A stretch of 59,333 bases of DNA, filler included, from Porpidia crustulata (taxonomy: Eukaryota): the NCBI GenBank assembly GCA_964255105.1. It is 9 parts of 9 records of this genome, joined end to end, with 100 filler letters (N's around TTAATTAATTAA, not from the genome) between each part and the next. Parts side by side here need not be neighbours in the genome. Positions count along the whole stretch, not along the records: positions 46,240 to 52,736 come from CAXUWE010001525.1; positions 52,837 to 59,333 come from CAXUWE010001526.1; 7 more parts are not named here. One strand, given 5' to 3'. Positions 47,254 through 58,775 of the stretch are shown here, one piece after another. A program made the position numbers and the translations under genes. How positions within the stretch are numbered: the first letter of the stretch is position 1; each line of letters opens with the position of its first letter. The notes beneath the pieces were generated by a model. It was not told the DNA's origin and searched no databases. It saw nothing but the letters and a program-made list of their open reading frames with translations.

Positions 47254-47946
47254 TCATCTCATTCCTGTCCAAGCCAAGTCTTTCCTCCCAATGGATTCCG
47301 GCTCTAAGACCTTTACAGGCGTATGCCCAACCATCTGCTCAGTCTCTTTCACGACCGAAATACTAGAGTCAGTTCTCGCACCCTGGACCCTTTCGCCGAC
47401 CCTCTCAATCGCGGCTTCAAGGTCCTGTTCCCTCCGTCTTGCTTCCTTTTCCGCTCTCTTTTGCTGGTAGTAGGTTGTTCCAGCATATCCAGTCCCAATT
47501 ATACTTCCAACAGAGCCAATCATGCTAGCCGTGTCAACGAGGTTCATGTTGTCCGTGAGCTCAGTCTCGGTAATGGCGCCCATTTCTCTAGGGGACCGAG
47601 ACGCGCGGGATTCAGATACTGTCACTTCTTCGGCGTGGAAATTGGTCGTGTTGATGAGACCACGTCTGTGAAGACGCTTCATGGAAATGTCGACAAGAGG
47701 TGGCGATTGCGGCTGATCAAAGGAGACCGGAGGGGAGATTGAAGTTATTGGCTGCTCTAAGATAGGAGGGTTGGGAGTACGAGGGTTCGATGGAAGGGGA
47801 ACATCTCGGTAGCGCATCTCTTCTGTGGTAACTAAAGACTCTTCTTCTTCTTCGATGAGGGTGTAAGAGTCTGAGGACGTGCAGTCGAGGCAGATGTAGG
47901 AGAGGAGAGATTGCCAAAGCGAGTTGGAGCGGGTTGAATAAGGCAT
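47254..47946 (-). CDS. Hypothetical 230-aa protein (Pro-rich region, Gly-rich hydrophobic segment, coiled coil)
   Basis: Long ATG-initiated ORF (ACCATG context) with a C/A-rich leader; no family recognised. Confidence 0.6.
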   Translation of the reverse strand: MPYSTRSNSLWQSLLSYICLDCTSSDSYTLIEEEEESLVTTEEMRYRDVPLPSNPRTPNPPILEQPITSISPPVSFDQPQSPPLVDISMKRLHRRGLINTTNFHAEEVTVSESRASRSPREMGAITETELTDNMNLVDTASMIGSVGSIIGTGYAGTTYYQQKRAEKEARRREQDLEAAIERVGERVQGARTDSSISVVKETEQMVGHTPVKVLEPESIGRKDLAWTGMR

Positions 47947-48894
47947 GGTTGATTGAAAAGCTCTGTGTGCGCAGATTGATGGAGCGAGATACTGAACAGC
48001 GTAGACCTCCTAACAAGTAGGAGGGACTGGCTGTAGCTTTGTAGATGCTATCGTTGCTGACACAAGGCTGCGGACTTGGACTCTCGGCTGTGTTTCAGGG
48101 TTATTGCGGCACATGATTACGCTAGGCTGGGATAGGAAGACCACTACTACTCTGTATCAACAGGGACCTGAACCACAGCCTCCTTTGACATGCACAGGCA
48201 CAATATGCAGGCGACAATTGGGAAGCCACTCAGTCATTCATGATAAGAACGACATAGCCGACACGGAACATCTTCAATGTAAAGTAGTCAAATCTAATCG
48301 CATCAAGCTGACGATCAATATAAAGGGATGGCCTGGCAGGAGGCATTGGTGGCACTAAGCAGTATCAGGTCGCCGGTCACCCACCACTCACTGAAGGTGC
48401 ATGATGCATCTCACCCTGAATTTGGAGTTTGAATCGCTAACCTCCAATAGATACGTTATGATGTTTCTCGTCAATCTGAATGCCTGTCACTCTGGTATCT
48501 GCTGGTAGGATCATGAACTATTGGACCAGTGTTCCTTCTGACTCTGTCGAATCGCAAGGCTGCGACGTATTTCACAGCCAGCACCTACTCTCAGTAGTCT
48601 GCACTTGCCCCTGCAATTCCACGCATTCCAGCCATGGTAATGTTGCACAATGACCAGGCTGACGCTTCGGATATCTCAATCAAGAAGAACGACCGCCAAT
48701 GAACTCAGCGGTGTGATCTGCAACAATGCTGAAATGGCTTGCGAGGCTGTGTATGTAACCCTTTAGGTAGTGGTACGGCATGAGTGGATTTTTTGTATTT
48801 TGTATAATATATCGCCTCCTACACAATTTCTGTTTTGATATTAATCTGTGCGAATATTAAATTGTTGTATCCATTCGACAAGAACTTCAATAAG

Positions 48895-51800
48895 ATGAAC
48901 GATTATACACTGCACGAAGCCTCAGGTGATTCAGTGAGTAGCCACCGTCTTTGCTTCTACTCGCAGATTCTCACATAAGCCGCAACTATGTGTCCGCGCC
49001 TTGTCTAATCCATTCCCTACATCTCCGTGGCTACTGTTGACCTGTTGTTTCTAGGCAATTGAATTGAGTGACGGTTCACCGTTGTCATCTCTCCGAGGGT
49101 AAGAGAATGAAGACCATGTGGAATCGCTGAAAGTCTTTGCAAATGATCTCGATGAGGCTCTGAAAAGCTCTTTTCCGTCCAAGGATTCCCCCCCCTATAC
49201 CGCGGTGCATCTTCTACTACTACGGTGGATAGAGGACGATCTTTCGGTTCATCTCGAAATACATGGTCTTAGAGACGTTTTCGAGAAAAAATTTGGTTTC
49301 GAGGTTTAGGAATGGCAGATTCCAAGCAAGTGTGCATATCGGGCACTCCAAGCCAAGATTTACGACTTTCAAATCGCACATTTGGTCGAGTCAGAGCTGC
49401 TGATTGTGTACTACGGCGGCCACGGCAGCGCCGATCGAAGATCACGAAGCGTTTGGCGCGCGTAAGTTGGGCATTCCAACTGAAGGGCAATATCCATCAT
49501 AGTTGGGAAGTCAGCTTGCTGATACGGTCGCTTTCCCCAAAACCATGTCTCTTGTCCTTTATCCTTGATTATGAGCTGCGGTTCGATCTCGTGACCAACT
49601 TCGTTTTCCTAGCTTGTACAGCTGATTATATTCAATTTCGGTCTCTGTTGGAGCTACAGCTGCGACTCTTGGTCTCGTCTAACGTCTCTATCATCTATAT
49701 TTATTATCTGCTATTTCTACTTTCAGACCAATAGTGGCACTATCACAATACCGTTGATCTTTAAACGTCCAAATAGATGCTAAAATGCTGTAGGAATCAA
49801 CGGTCAGATAGCCCATACCTAACATGGTCAGGCATCCAGCCACTATTAGAGAACGCCATACCACATGTACTGATTATCCTGGATTGTTGTTATGCAGCCA
49901 ATGCAGCAAGAGATACGTCAGAAGGCACGACTAAAGAGCTTCTGGCCGCATATGCCCAGGAGAATCGTACCATAGGCGTTGGTCCTCGGTCTTTTACTTC
50001 GGCACTAATTGAAGAACTCTGGAGTTTTGGCTGTGATCCATTCACTGTCGTGAAGCTTCATTCTCGACTGGTCAATATACAATGGAGGCTTAAGTTTACG
50101 CCATTCTATGCCTCTTTATCGGAACATGGAGGCAACAGCATCACACTTCGCCCGCTTTCTCTCAGTAGCATATCCGACATTGGCAAATTAACAAAGCCCG
50201 AGGACACCGTCTTGGCTTGCGATCCTATGGATACATCAAATCCGGGAGAGTCATTCTATCAAGAACGCGGCCAAAACTCATCTCGACTCTCCACAAGTTC
50301 TACGAGCTCAGTTTCAGACACTAGGGTCTTGTTAGCTGTCTCTGTTACTGAGGACGCTAGCCTCGATATCGATCAATGGGTCCGCTGGCTCACGACTCGA
50401 GCTCCTTGGGCAGTGACCCAAGTCCGTGTCGGTGTAGAGAATGTCTACAAGAGCCACTCAACAGTAGTAGTTGTCTCCATCCCAGCTGTTGCGTGGAACA
50501 GACTGATTACGAAAGAAGCTTACAAATTTATTTGTTTTATTAAATCCGAGAACTTAATTCCAAGACCATATCTGCGCGACCGCTCTGATACTAGTGTCTT
50601 CAGCCAAACCAGCATATACACCCCAGATACATCCGAGTCCATATCCACACCTAAGATACCATTGCCCGGTGTTTTAAGCATGACACGATCTCTAAAATCA
50701 ACTTTGGGCGCCTATAACCTTCGATCAAGGCTGTCAAATGTAAATGATTCCAATTATGGAGCCTTACAACGAACAAGGACCTACTCTCAATTAGGTGTGG
50801 CGTTAATGGATGGTCCTACGACGCCGAGGGTCTCCAAGACCAGTCCAAGTAATCGCAACCGTAAATCTAGTACCGCCAAAGCCAATTCCACAGCTTCCAG
50901 GACCTCTCTCAGGACAGATCTGCCGGAGCATTTAGTCCGTCTCTCGTCATGGAGCCCCGAAGAGGAACTGCTACTTCTAAACAAACTAGGAAGTGTTCGA
51001 GCGAAGGAATCTGACGGGAATCGGATTGCTAAGAGCCTGGTTCCGACAAGGTCCCCAAGTGAAGTCTGTGAAAAATACAAGCAGCCTACTGAGACCCTAC
51101 AAGCCACGCAAACTCCAAAGGCTCGTCATGTTGTGGCAAACGACGTTCCACTCCCCACAAGCCAAATCTCGACAGCAACGTCATCAAAGATAATTGCGTC
51201 AGACGCTGATTTCTCGAGGTCTATGGTCCCAGTCCATTCCCCCCCTTTCGCTTACGGTAGAGAATCCAAACCCTGGAGTTCTGACGACGATGCAACCCTT
51301 CAACGCGCACGCCAACGAAGCCTCGATTGGTCTACAATCAGCAAACTTTACTTTCCTACCAAGACTGCTAATGGTTGCCGAAAGAGATTCGAGCGACTAA
51401 TTTCGAAAAATATTAGGGCTGAAGATTGGGATAACGCCCGAATTGAACAACTCGCTCAGCTCTACATGGAATTGCGCGAGCAAATGTGGACGACTCTGGC
51501 AGCAAAAATGTCCGAGGGATGGCAGATAATAGAGCAAAAGGTAAATTACCTACTATCAGATCAATCACCGCAACATAATACTAATGGAGCGTTGATAGTG
51601 TATGGAGCAGGGCCTCGGAACCCTCCGAACTCGAGCAATCGCCATCCAACAAAGCGAACGGAACCAAGCAGGATGTTCTGACCGCAATCATGAAATCTAC
51701 ATTAGATTTGACGATAGTGCTCTCGGCCTCCGTCAAAATTTCGAGGAGATGCCCTTGAGCAAACTTGATCAACTGGAGGATCCGCATCGGTCTCTAACTC

Positions 51801-51916
51801 CTGAAGGCCATTCAGCCCCTCCTAGAGGCGGACAAGCCTTATCTAGATCAAATCTCTACCCCACTCCCCCAACTTCGTGTCACCAAAGCATGGTCTTGCC
51901 TCGGCCTAGCGAATAA
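48895..51916 (+). pseudogene. Caspase-like (peptidase C14-type) domain fused to C-terminal Myb/SANT repeats; in-frame stops at 49100 (TAA) and 49307 (TAG)
   Basis: YTAVHLLLLRWIEDDL...FEV*EWQIPS...LLIVYYGGHG and VLIILDCCYAANA (His/Cys dyad); ELLAA...SFTSALIEEL; Myb-like WSSDDDATLQRARQRSLDWSTISKLYFPTKTANGCRKRFERL. Introns approximately 48934-49054, 49462-49793 and 51541-51598; exon 1 is tentative. Confidence 0.8.
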
Positions 51917-52277
51917 TGTAACATCCCTCTCCCCCTCTGACACCAACGCCCCCATTCAAGGACGCATAGCTCTAGAAGATCTACCTGGAATACTTTTGGT
52001 TTTGAATTATCATTTCTGATCCCATATGGGATTGGGCTAGTAAGTCCCATGAAACCTCATATCTAACTGTAAAGATATGTATCTGGCTGCACAACGGCAT
52101 CGCATCCAGGTCGTCCGTGTCATAACGTTATAACGAGGTGTAAAGCGGAACGTCTGCCAAGATGGATCATAACATTCGATATCGCGTGTCCCATGATAGG
52201 GCTGATACCTGACTCACGCGAGACCGTGTCACTTTGGCAGCCAGTACAAGATTTCACCTGGAGATTGAGGAGTTTTC

Positions 52278-52309
52278 CCGCTATGAGTCGTTACCGCTAT
52301 GAGTCGTCA
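52278..52309 (+). repeat. 16-bp tandem duplication CCGCTATGAGTCGT(T/C)A x2
   Basis: Read directly from the sequence; each unit contains ATGAGTC. Confidence 0.8.
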
Positions 52310-52736
52310 CTGCTCCGGCTCCCGGCGTGAAGGTTGCGATGTTCCTTTTGAAAATAACAAATTCTATTCAATAGCTTATGACAAACGCCGGGATAAGGTA
52401 TTGGCCGATTATGGATTTGTAAGCTCATTAAGCCTCTACTTAGATTGTGCAAAAACTTCGTCGTGAATGCTGATCACATGGTTCCGTTCAAGCAAAAGTC
52501 TGGGTCTTTGACTTCAGTGAAATCGGTTGACAAAGGATTTCGAGTTGGGCCAGGGATTCATGGTTGATTGGGTTGGAGGAGGAGGAAGTGTGACTCATTG
52601 ATAGCATGAACAAACTTGAGAGCTCGGAACTGTTTGCTACCTAGTCAAGGAGGTTGCAAGATAGAGTCTTTCCTTAGTGGCAACCACTTACGAATCAAGT
52701 ATATATTGCGGAAAGGATGATTTTTGGAATTTAGCT

Positions 52737-52836
52737 NNNNNNNNNNNNNNNNNNNNNNNNNNNNNNNNNNNNNNNNNNNNTTAATTAATTAANNNNNNNN
52801 NNNNNNNNNNNNNNNNNNNNNNNNNNNNNNNNNNNN
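52737..52836. other. Artificial contig spacer
   Basis: 44 N + TTAATTAATTAA + 44 N. Confidence 0.99.
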
Positions 52837-52838
52837 CC

Positions 52839-53450
52839 CCGACCCAATACGCCTTCATATTCCCCTCCGCACCCTCCTTCAATCACGTCGTCGTCTTCCT
52901 CGTCCCCGGGATAACGCTCCCGCCCTCGACCCTCGCGGCCGTCTATCTTCAATTGCCCGGCATCCCCGAATTCAAATTCCTTGGCGCTTTGGGCGATGAG
53001 AAGCAAAGCGCCATCTTCAAGGTCGGCGATGCCGGGCGGACGGGACAGGTTCAGACCGACGGTGATGCGGCTGAAGACGATATGCTGGACGTCGACGCGC
53101 CCTACCAAGCTAACGGCAACGTCCCCGCCGGTAACGCTACCCTTGGTATATCAATTGAGCCTGCCGCCTCTGTCGAAGCCCAATTGTCCACTCTAAAATC
53201 GACCGTGATCTCGTCAACAGCTCTCGTACTTGCCCCCAAAAGTCAACAGCAACCCGCTACTATACCCACCAGACTCCTAGCACAAAGGATTATCAACAAT
53301 GCATTCAACTTCCTTGCGAGTTTCTCGGGTACTTTGGGTGAAGGAGGAGAAGAGGTGGTGCCGTTGAAGAGCTTCCGGGCGTGGTGGGAGAAGTTTGAGA
53401 GGAGGATAGAAGTTGATCCGGGGTTTTTGGAGAGGGAGGTGGATCAGTGA
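52839..53450 (+). CDS. OPI10: Hikeshi/OPI10 (DUF775) family protein, 5' end truncated by the contig edge
   Basis: PTQYAF...FNHVVVFLVPG...AAVYLQLP...FKFLGALGDEKQSAIFKV; TLGISIEP; LAQRIINNAFNFLASF; VVPLKSFRAWWEKFERRIEVDPGFL. Confidence 0.92.
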   Translation, partial: PTQYAFIFPSAPSFNHVVVFLVPGITLPPSTLAAVYLQLPGIPEFKFLGALGDEKQSAIFKVGDAGRTGQVQTDGDAAEDDMLDVDAPYQANGNVPAGNATLGISIEPAASVEAQLSTLKSTVISSTALVLAPKSQQQPATIPTRLLAQRIINNAFNFLASFSGTLGEGGEEVVPLKSFRAWWEKFERRIEVDPGFLEREVDQ

Positions 53451-54009
53451 ATAGGAAGATGGGACGAGGTAGACCGAAACCTCCTGTAAGATATAGAAGG
53501 TGTCGATTCGGTAGAAGGAAGAGCGTTGGGGGATACCTCTACAACCGGTGACGCCTGAGCCATGAGGAGTCATGACGACGCGCCGCTTGAAATTAAGAAG
53601 GTAGAGATGAGTGCTGGCAGGATTGTAGGATGACGAATGGCATAAAGAAGACGCACGAGACTGTTTGGGAAGATGGGACAACAAGGCGAAGTGGGTTACC
53701 GCATTCCGCATTTTCGAACGATAGAACGCTACAGAAGATTTTGAAAACTGTTGGACATTGATAGCTTAACCCCCTCCTCACTAGACCGAAGAGATCTGGG
53801 CTCGATGCTTCGAGAACTTGGCATATAAGAGCGGCTGGCCATACTTGGCGACCTTCTCCGTCAGTGTAGCTTCAAGGCGGAGATTTATGGCTACGAGACT
53901 TTTGACCCTTGATGCGTCATTATTGCATTCTACATGGTATCGTTGCACTTCGGTCGTTAGCTATCGTGGCCGTATTCTAGTCATAGGCACGATAAGCACA
54001 ATCACGGAA

Positions 54010-55938
54010 TCAATAGCTCCCTACGCACTCGTCAGCTTCCACAGCACTCGATGCAGAATCCCGAGCAACTTACGTCCAAATAGACACCATGCCTCGGCCG
54101 TATTCTGGCAGTTCGGATTCGTGCACTTCGTTTCCCCCTTGAGAATCCCCTCCGGCTGCTCAAACGGGATGCACAAGCTTTTCGCCCCCATGCTCGGCGC
54201 CTTTGCATCCTCGGGCTCCTCGTCGCCAGCTTCCTTCCTCGCACTCAGCTCCTTGATCTCATCCTCGCACTTCATCTGCAGGCAAAAGGGGATCAAACAA
54301 ACGTTCTTCGCATTCAGCGCCGGCACGAAATCGTCCCATTCGGTGATTTGCTTGACGTGCGATTTGAATTTGTGATCCGCGGCTTTGTAGAGGTCTGCTT
54401 GTATGGTTTCGAGCAGCTGGGGGACTTCCTTGCCGAGTTCGGTGATGGCGATTTTGCCTTTGCCGTCTTTGCCTGGGATGTCACGGCGGGATGTCGTGAC
54501 GAAGTGGCCTTCTGATTCGCCGGGCCCAAATTCGAGGCGTAGGGGGACGCCTTTCTGTTCCCAGTCGTTGAATTTGTAGCCGGGGGAATAGCCGTCACGT
54601 TTGTCGGTTTCAACTCGGACATTAGCGGCTCTCAGGACTGTCGCTAGGGCGTCTACTTGACTGAACAGAGATGTTCGCTCATCCTCGGTGGACTTGGCGG
54701 TGATTCCTACGGGTACAATGATGACTTGGGTTTCGACGACGCGAGGAGGGAGAACGAGGCCGCGGTTGTCGCCATGGATCATGACCATCACGCCGATCAC
54801 ACGGGTGGATAGACCCCACGAGTTCTGCCAGACTAGAAGGGGGGGTTTCTTCTCTCCTTCTTTCGTTGATGGGTCCTCAACGGTGATACCAAACATGTTG
54901 CTAAAGTTCTGGCCTAGACAATGACTAGTGGCACCTTGAATACCCCGACCAGTCTCAGGGATATATCCTTCGACTGTCGTAGTGTACAGCGCACCCGCAA
55001 ACTTTTCTTTCTCAGTCTTTTTGCCACGAATAACAGGAACGGCTAATAGATCCTCATAAACGCCAGCGTACCATTCTAGGATTTGAAGTACTTCTTCCCC
55101 TGCACCTTCCTGCGTGAGATGAGCAGTATGGCCTTCCTGCCATAAAAATTCTCTCGTCCGTAGGAATGGCTGGGGATGTTTGAATTCCCATCGCACTACC
55201 GAGTTCCACTGATTGAGTCTTAGGGGGAGATCTCTGTGACTCCGAATCCATTTAGCGTAGTATGGGTATATGACTGTTTCTGAGGTAGGGCGGATGGCTA
55301 TTTTCTTCTCTAGCGGAGTGTTGCCTCTGTACCGAGGGTCAATATCAATCTCAGGAACAGAGAAAAAGCCGTGACATGGTTGGCTTACGCGTGTGTGACC
55401 CAAGCCACCTCTGCCGCAAAGCCTTCAATGTGATCCTTTTCTCGTTCCAGCATTTCCTGTGAGATGAACATCGGAAATGAGCAGTTCTTGACTCCAATGC
55501 TTTTGATCTTCTTATTGAACCAATTTTGTATCTCCTCCCAGATGAAGTATGACGGTGGCTACCAAATTTCAGCCCAATGGTTTCTCTACGATGATCTAGA
55601 CCCCCCACCTTTAATATATAGCATCCGGAGACGTCGTAGTAGTCCAGCATGTCACCTTTCGTAAGTACTTGCTGATACCACCCTGAAAAATCATCCTCTT
55701 TCGCAACATCGATACCAATGAGAGCTGCGCCATCTATTTTTTTCTTGGGAGCTTTGTTAACGGCCCTTTTGGCTTCTGCGCGTCCAGCTTCTTTTGTAGT
55801 GCTTGTAGCGGACTTGTTGGCTTTTTCTGATGCTAGCTTTTCCTGCTTCTGAGCTTTCTTGAGCGCATTTTTGGAAGGTTCTTGGGGCTGGGCGTCCCCC
55901 ACATTGACCGCAGCTGTGCGATCTGCGACCTCGTCCAT
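54010..55938 (-). CDS. Cytosolic prolyl-tRNA synthetase (4 exons)
   Basis: FSGWYQQVLTKGDMLDYYDVSGCYIL; AIRPTSET; RDLPLRLNQWNSVVRWEFKHPQPFLRTREFLWQEGHTAH; IQGATSHCLGQNF; QNSWGLSTR; GAKSLCIPF; spliced C-terminus LFGRSY*. Confidence 0.97.
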
Positions 55939-56052
55939 TTCGTGAATGGCCAGATCCCTTGCAGAATTATTGGATATTAGGAAATTTCAATGGCCTGAGA
56001 CAGTACTGAAGTAGACTCCAGTCTTATACGAGAGTATATGCTCAACGATGCG

Positions 56053-56059
56053 TGACTCA
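56053..56059. promoter_or_regulatory. Putative Gcn4/CpcA element TGACTCA upstream of ProRS
   Basis: Perfect consensus 115 nt upstream of the ProRS ATG; aminoacyl-tRNA synthetase genes are known cross-pathway-control targets. Confidence 0.55.
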
Positions 56060-56880
56060 GTCGGGTTCTACCCTAACAGTCATTCAAAGAGCATTGGCGA
56101 TGGTTGAATGTGTGACGCGACAGGGGACAGCCCTACCCCGGCGGAATTATGCCAGTTATGCAGTTATGCAACGCAGGTATATGCAGCATAAAGTAGTGTC
56201 TCCTGTGTCAGCCCTGTCTAGACCATCACCACATTGGTCGAGGGACGGACTAAAGGTACCGTACCACTGTACAACCAAGTCAGAGTCCAACTCTTTGAAA
56301 TGTCACTGACTGACCAGAGTAGACATCTACACAAGTGCTTGGTTTTCCTTGCAACCAGTCAATCTTCTGGGAGTTGGGACGAATCATTCTTGACTGTTTC
56401 TGAAATACTGCGAAGGAGCAATTTCCCCAATCGCCGGGGGTTCCTGACTTTAAGCTTTCCCTCTGTTGACTGTCCAATTTTAGCCTGGTCGCCCACCACC
56501 CGTTGCACCTTCCGACTCCTCTCTTTCCTCCGACGTGACCGTCGTTCTTTATTGCCGTTGTCCCTTCGTGTCACTCGTTACTAATTTCTAGTTGTCCTCT
56601 ACTATATCCTTCGTGAGGTTTACGATCTTGCGTGACTATCTTTCCGTCCAGGACGTTATCGGGTACTCAGGAGCATTCGAGGAGGTGGAACGCCGCATCA
56701 CGTCAATATACGGCAGCTGCAATTGGGGGAGATCAGAGGAACTAGTTTGGAGGGCCAAGAACTTTCGCATTGCCAACACCTATGCGACGGGAAAGCAGGA
56801 TTATGAGTTGAGCAGGAATTGGGAGATTCTGCGGTCCGCCGCGAGAGTGCTCAAAGCGGAAGACGAAGCACAAACCAACA

Positions 56881-58775
56881 ATGAAATCGACAATACTCTT
56901 CTCATGCTTGACTCTAACGGTCCCTACAATCTTTGCACAAAGCTGCATTCCTCTTTCTGGATCGACTGAATGTCCTGCGTTCAATGCGTCCTCGATATCG
57001 ACAGACAGTCAGCTCGTCGGTTTATTGTAAGATCACGGCATCCATGGGCTTACACCGATTACTAATATTTCTAGTCCCTTTCTTGCGTTTGTTTCTAGCA
57101 CTCGGCAATTCGATACACAACTGAATCAATACGTTTCTTCGAATTATGTTCAATTAAAGTGAGCTGGCCACGGTCAGGACCCCCAGCATCTTGACTGACG
57201 TCCCGTACAGGTATCAGCAACTTCTAGGTTGTGGCAACGTGAACCTTACGAATACCACCAATTACTATGCGCGATATACAACTAGTGTAATATGTAATGC
57301 TATTGTACAGAACTCGGTCAAACCCTGCTCCCTTTCTGCACCAAACGCCCGCCCATTATGCGCCGAGTCTTGTGTGAGTGGTATAGTCAATTCTGCAAAT
57401 GCAATGCTGATATTTAATAGGCTCAGCAAGCAACTAGTGAAGAAGAGATCACGGTCAACAGTCAACTCTGCAGCACGCCAGGCCCGAATTACTTAAGTCA
57501 AATTCGCGCCGACTTTACTAATTGCGCTTTACCAAGCGACTCCCTCAGCCAGGGCTGTATCGCCGGAGAGCAAAATGAGCCAAACAACTGTGGCTTCTCA
57601 ACGAACCTCCAGGGTCTCTGCGGCTATTGCGCAGCGAGTTCCCCAAATGCGACAGACTCATGCTGTAACGGATCCAACGTCAATAGTCGCTGCGTGGGTG
57701 TCACCCTACCGACTGTGACCTCGATGCCAACTCTATTTCCTTCCTCCACATCGAGCTCAACATCGTCTCCTACTAGTACTTCCGGAGCTGCCACCGGTAG
57801 CGCACCGACAGGCCATCGTTTATCAGGTGGCCAAATCGCTGGGATAGTAATTGGTTCCATTCTAGGTGCAGCTTTACTAATAGCTTTGCTGGTGCTGTGT
57901 TGCATCTGTCTGCGCAGGCGCCGAAGAGGTAGTCAAAGAGGCAGTATCTTCAACCAACCGACGCATCGGAGGGGAACCCAGGGTATGGTGTTTGCGCCAC
58001 GAGATCCCAATGAAGCGACTGAGGCAGGTTACGTTCCACCCGGAGGCCGTGTTGCTCGTATGTCTGCTTTGGAACATAGTTCAAGCAGTCCGTCTCCCGG
58101 TATCGCAGCTATTGGGGGCGTGGCTGGGGCCGACAAAAGAAGATACGGCGATACGTCTGATTCGGATATGTATGGCGAGACTCCGGAATCCCGGCGTGGA
58201 GAAACTCGTCCAGTCACCGGGAAGAGAAATGGTTCGCTATCAAGCCGGTCTGCCCTCGGAGCACTGGACGACCCTAGCTCACCACAGTCTGAAGGTCAAG
58301 TTTCCTCGCCAGAGGGTGTTGCAAGTGGGCAATCGGAGCAATTGGGCGCTTTCACCGATTACTATTCCTTGGAGGATATCCATCCAAATGACACTGTTTC
58401 TGTATTGTGGGCATATCAACCTCGAGCAGGAGATGAATTTGAGCTTGAACGAGGCGATATGCTCCGAGTCGTGGGCATTTGGGATGACGGCTGGGCAACC
58501 GGTGTCCGTCTCAACGAACGTGCAGAAAATTACGACGGAAAGCGGAAGTTGATGAGAGATAGTGGAGTTTCTAACGGCTCGGGTCGAAGAGGAGAGTCTC
58601 CTCCGCCATCCGGCGAGCTCAAAGCATTTCCTGTAAGTGTTGGTGATCTTTGATATCACAACCTCTAAGCTAATAGTTCCAGCTCGTATGCGTTTGTCTA
58701 CCGGAGCATTGGCGCCGGGCTATTGAAGGGAAAGACTTCGCCGCAAGTGGCCCGCCCCCCGGCCTTGGCTCCTGA
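56881..58775 (+). CDS. Type I membrane protein: Cys-rich ectodomain, S/T stalk, TM helix, cytoplasmic SH3 domain (5 exons)
   Basis: Signal peptide MKSTILFSCLTLTVPTIFAQ; CIPLSGSTECPAF; YYARYTTSVICN; TM LSGGQIAGIVIGSILGAALLIALLVLCCICL followed by RRRRR; SH3 VLWAYQPRAGDEFELERGDMLRVVGIWDDGWATG...KAFPLVCV. Confidence 0.92.

Noticed and set aside
49307..49309. Premature TAG as a target of A-to-I stop-codon correction (UAG to Trp)
   Set aside because: The same exon also has an in-frame TAA at 49100, and Trp is not an obvious fit at this position; simple nonsense mutation is more parsimonious without RNA data.
6511..52836. TTAATTAATTAA recurring about every 6.6 kb as a biological periodic repeat, CRISPR-like array or piggyBac TTAA target
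   Set aside because: It is always embedded in exactly 44+44 Ns; it is a synthetic six-frame stop linker.
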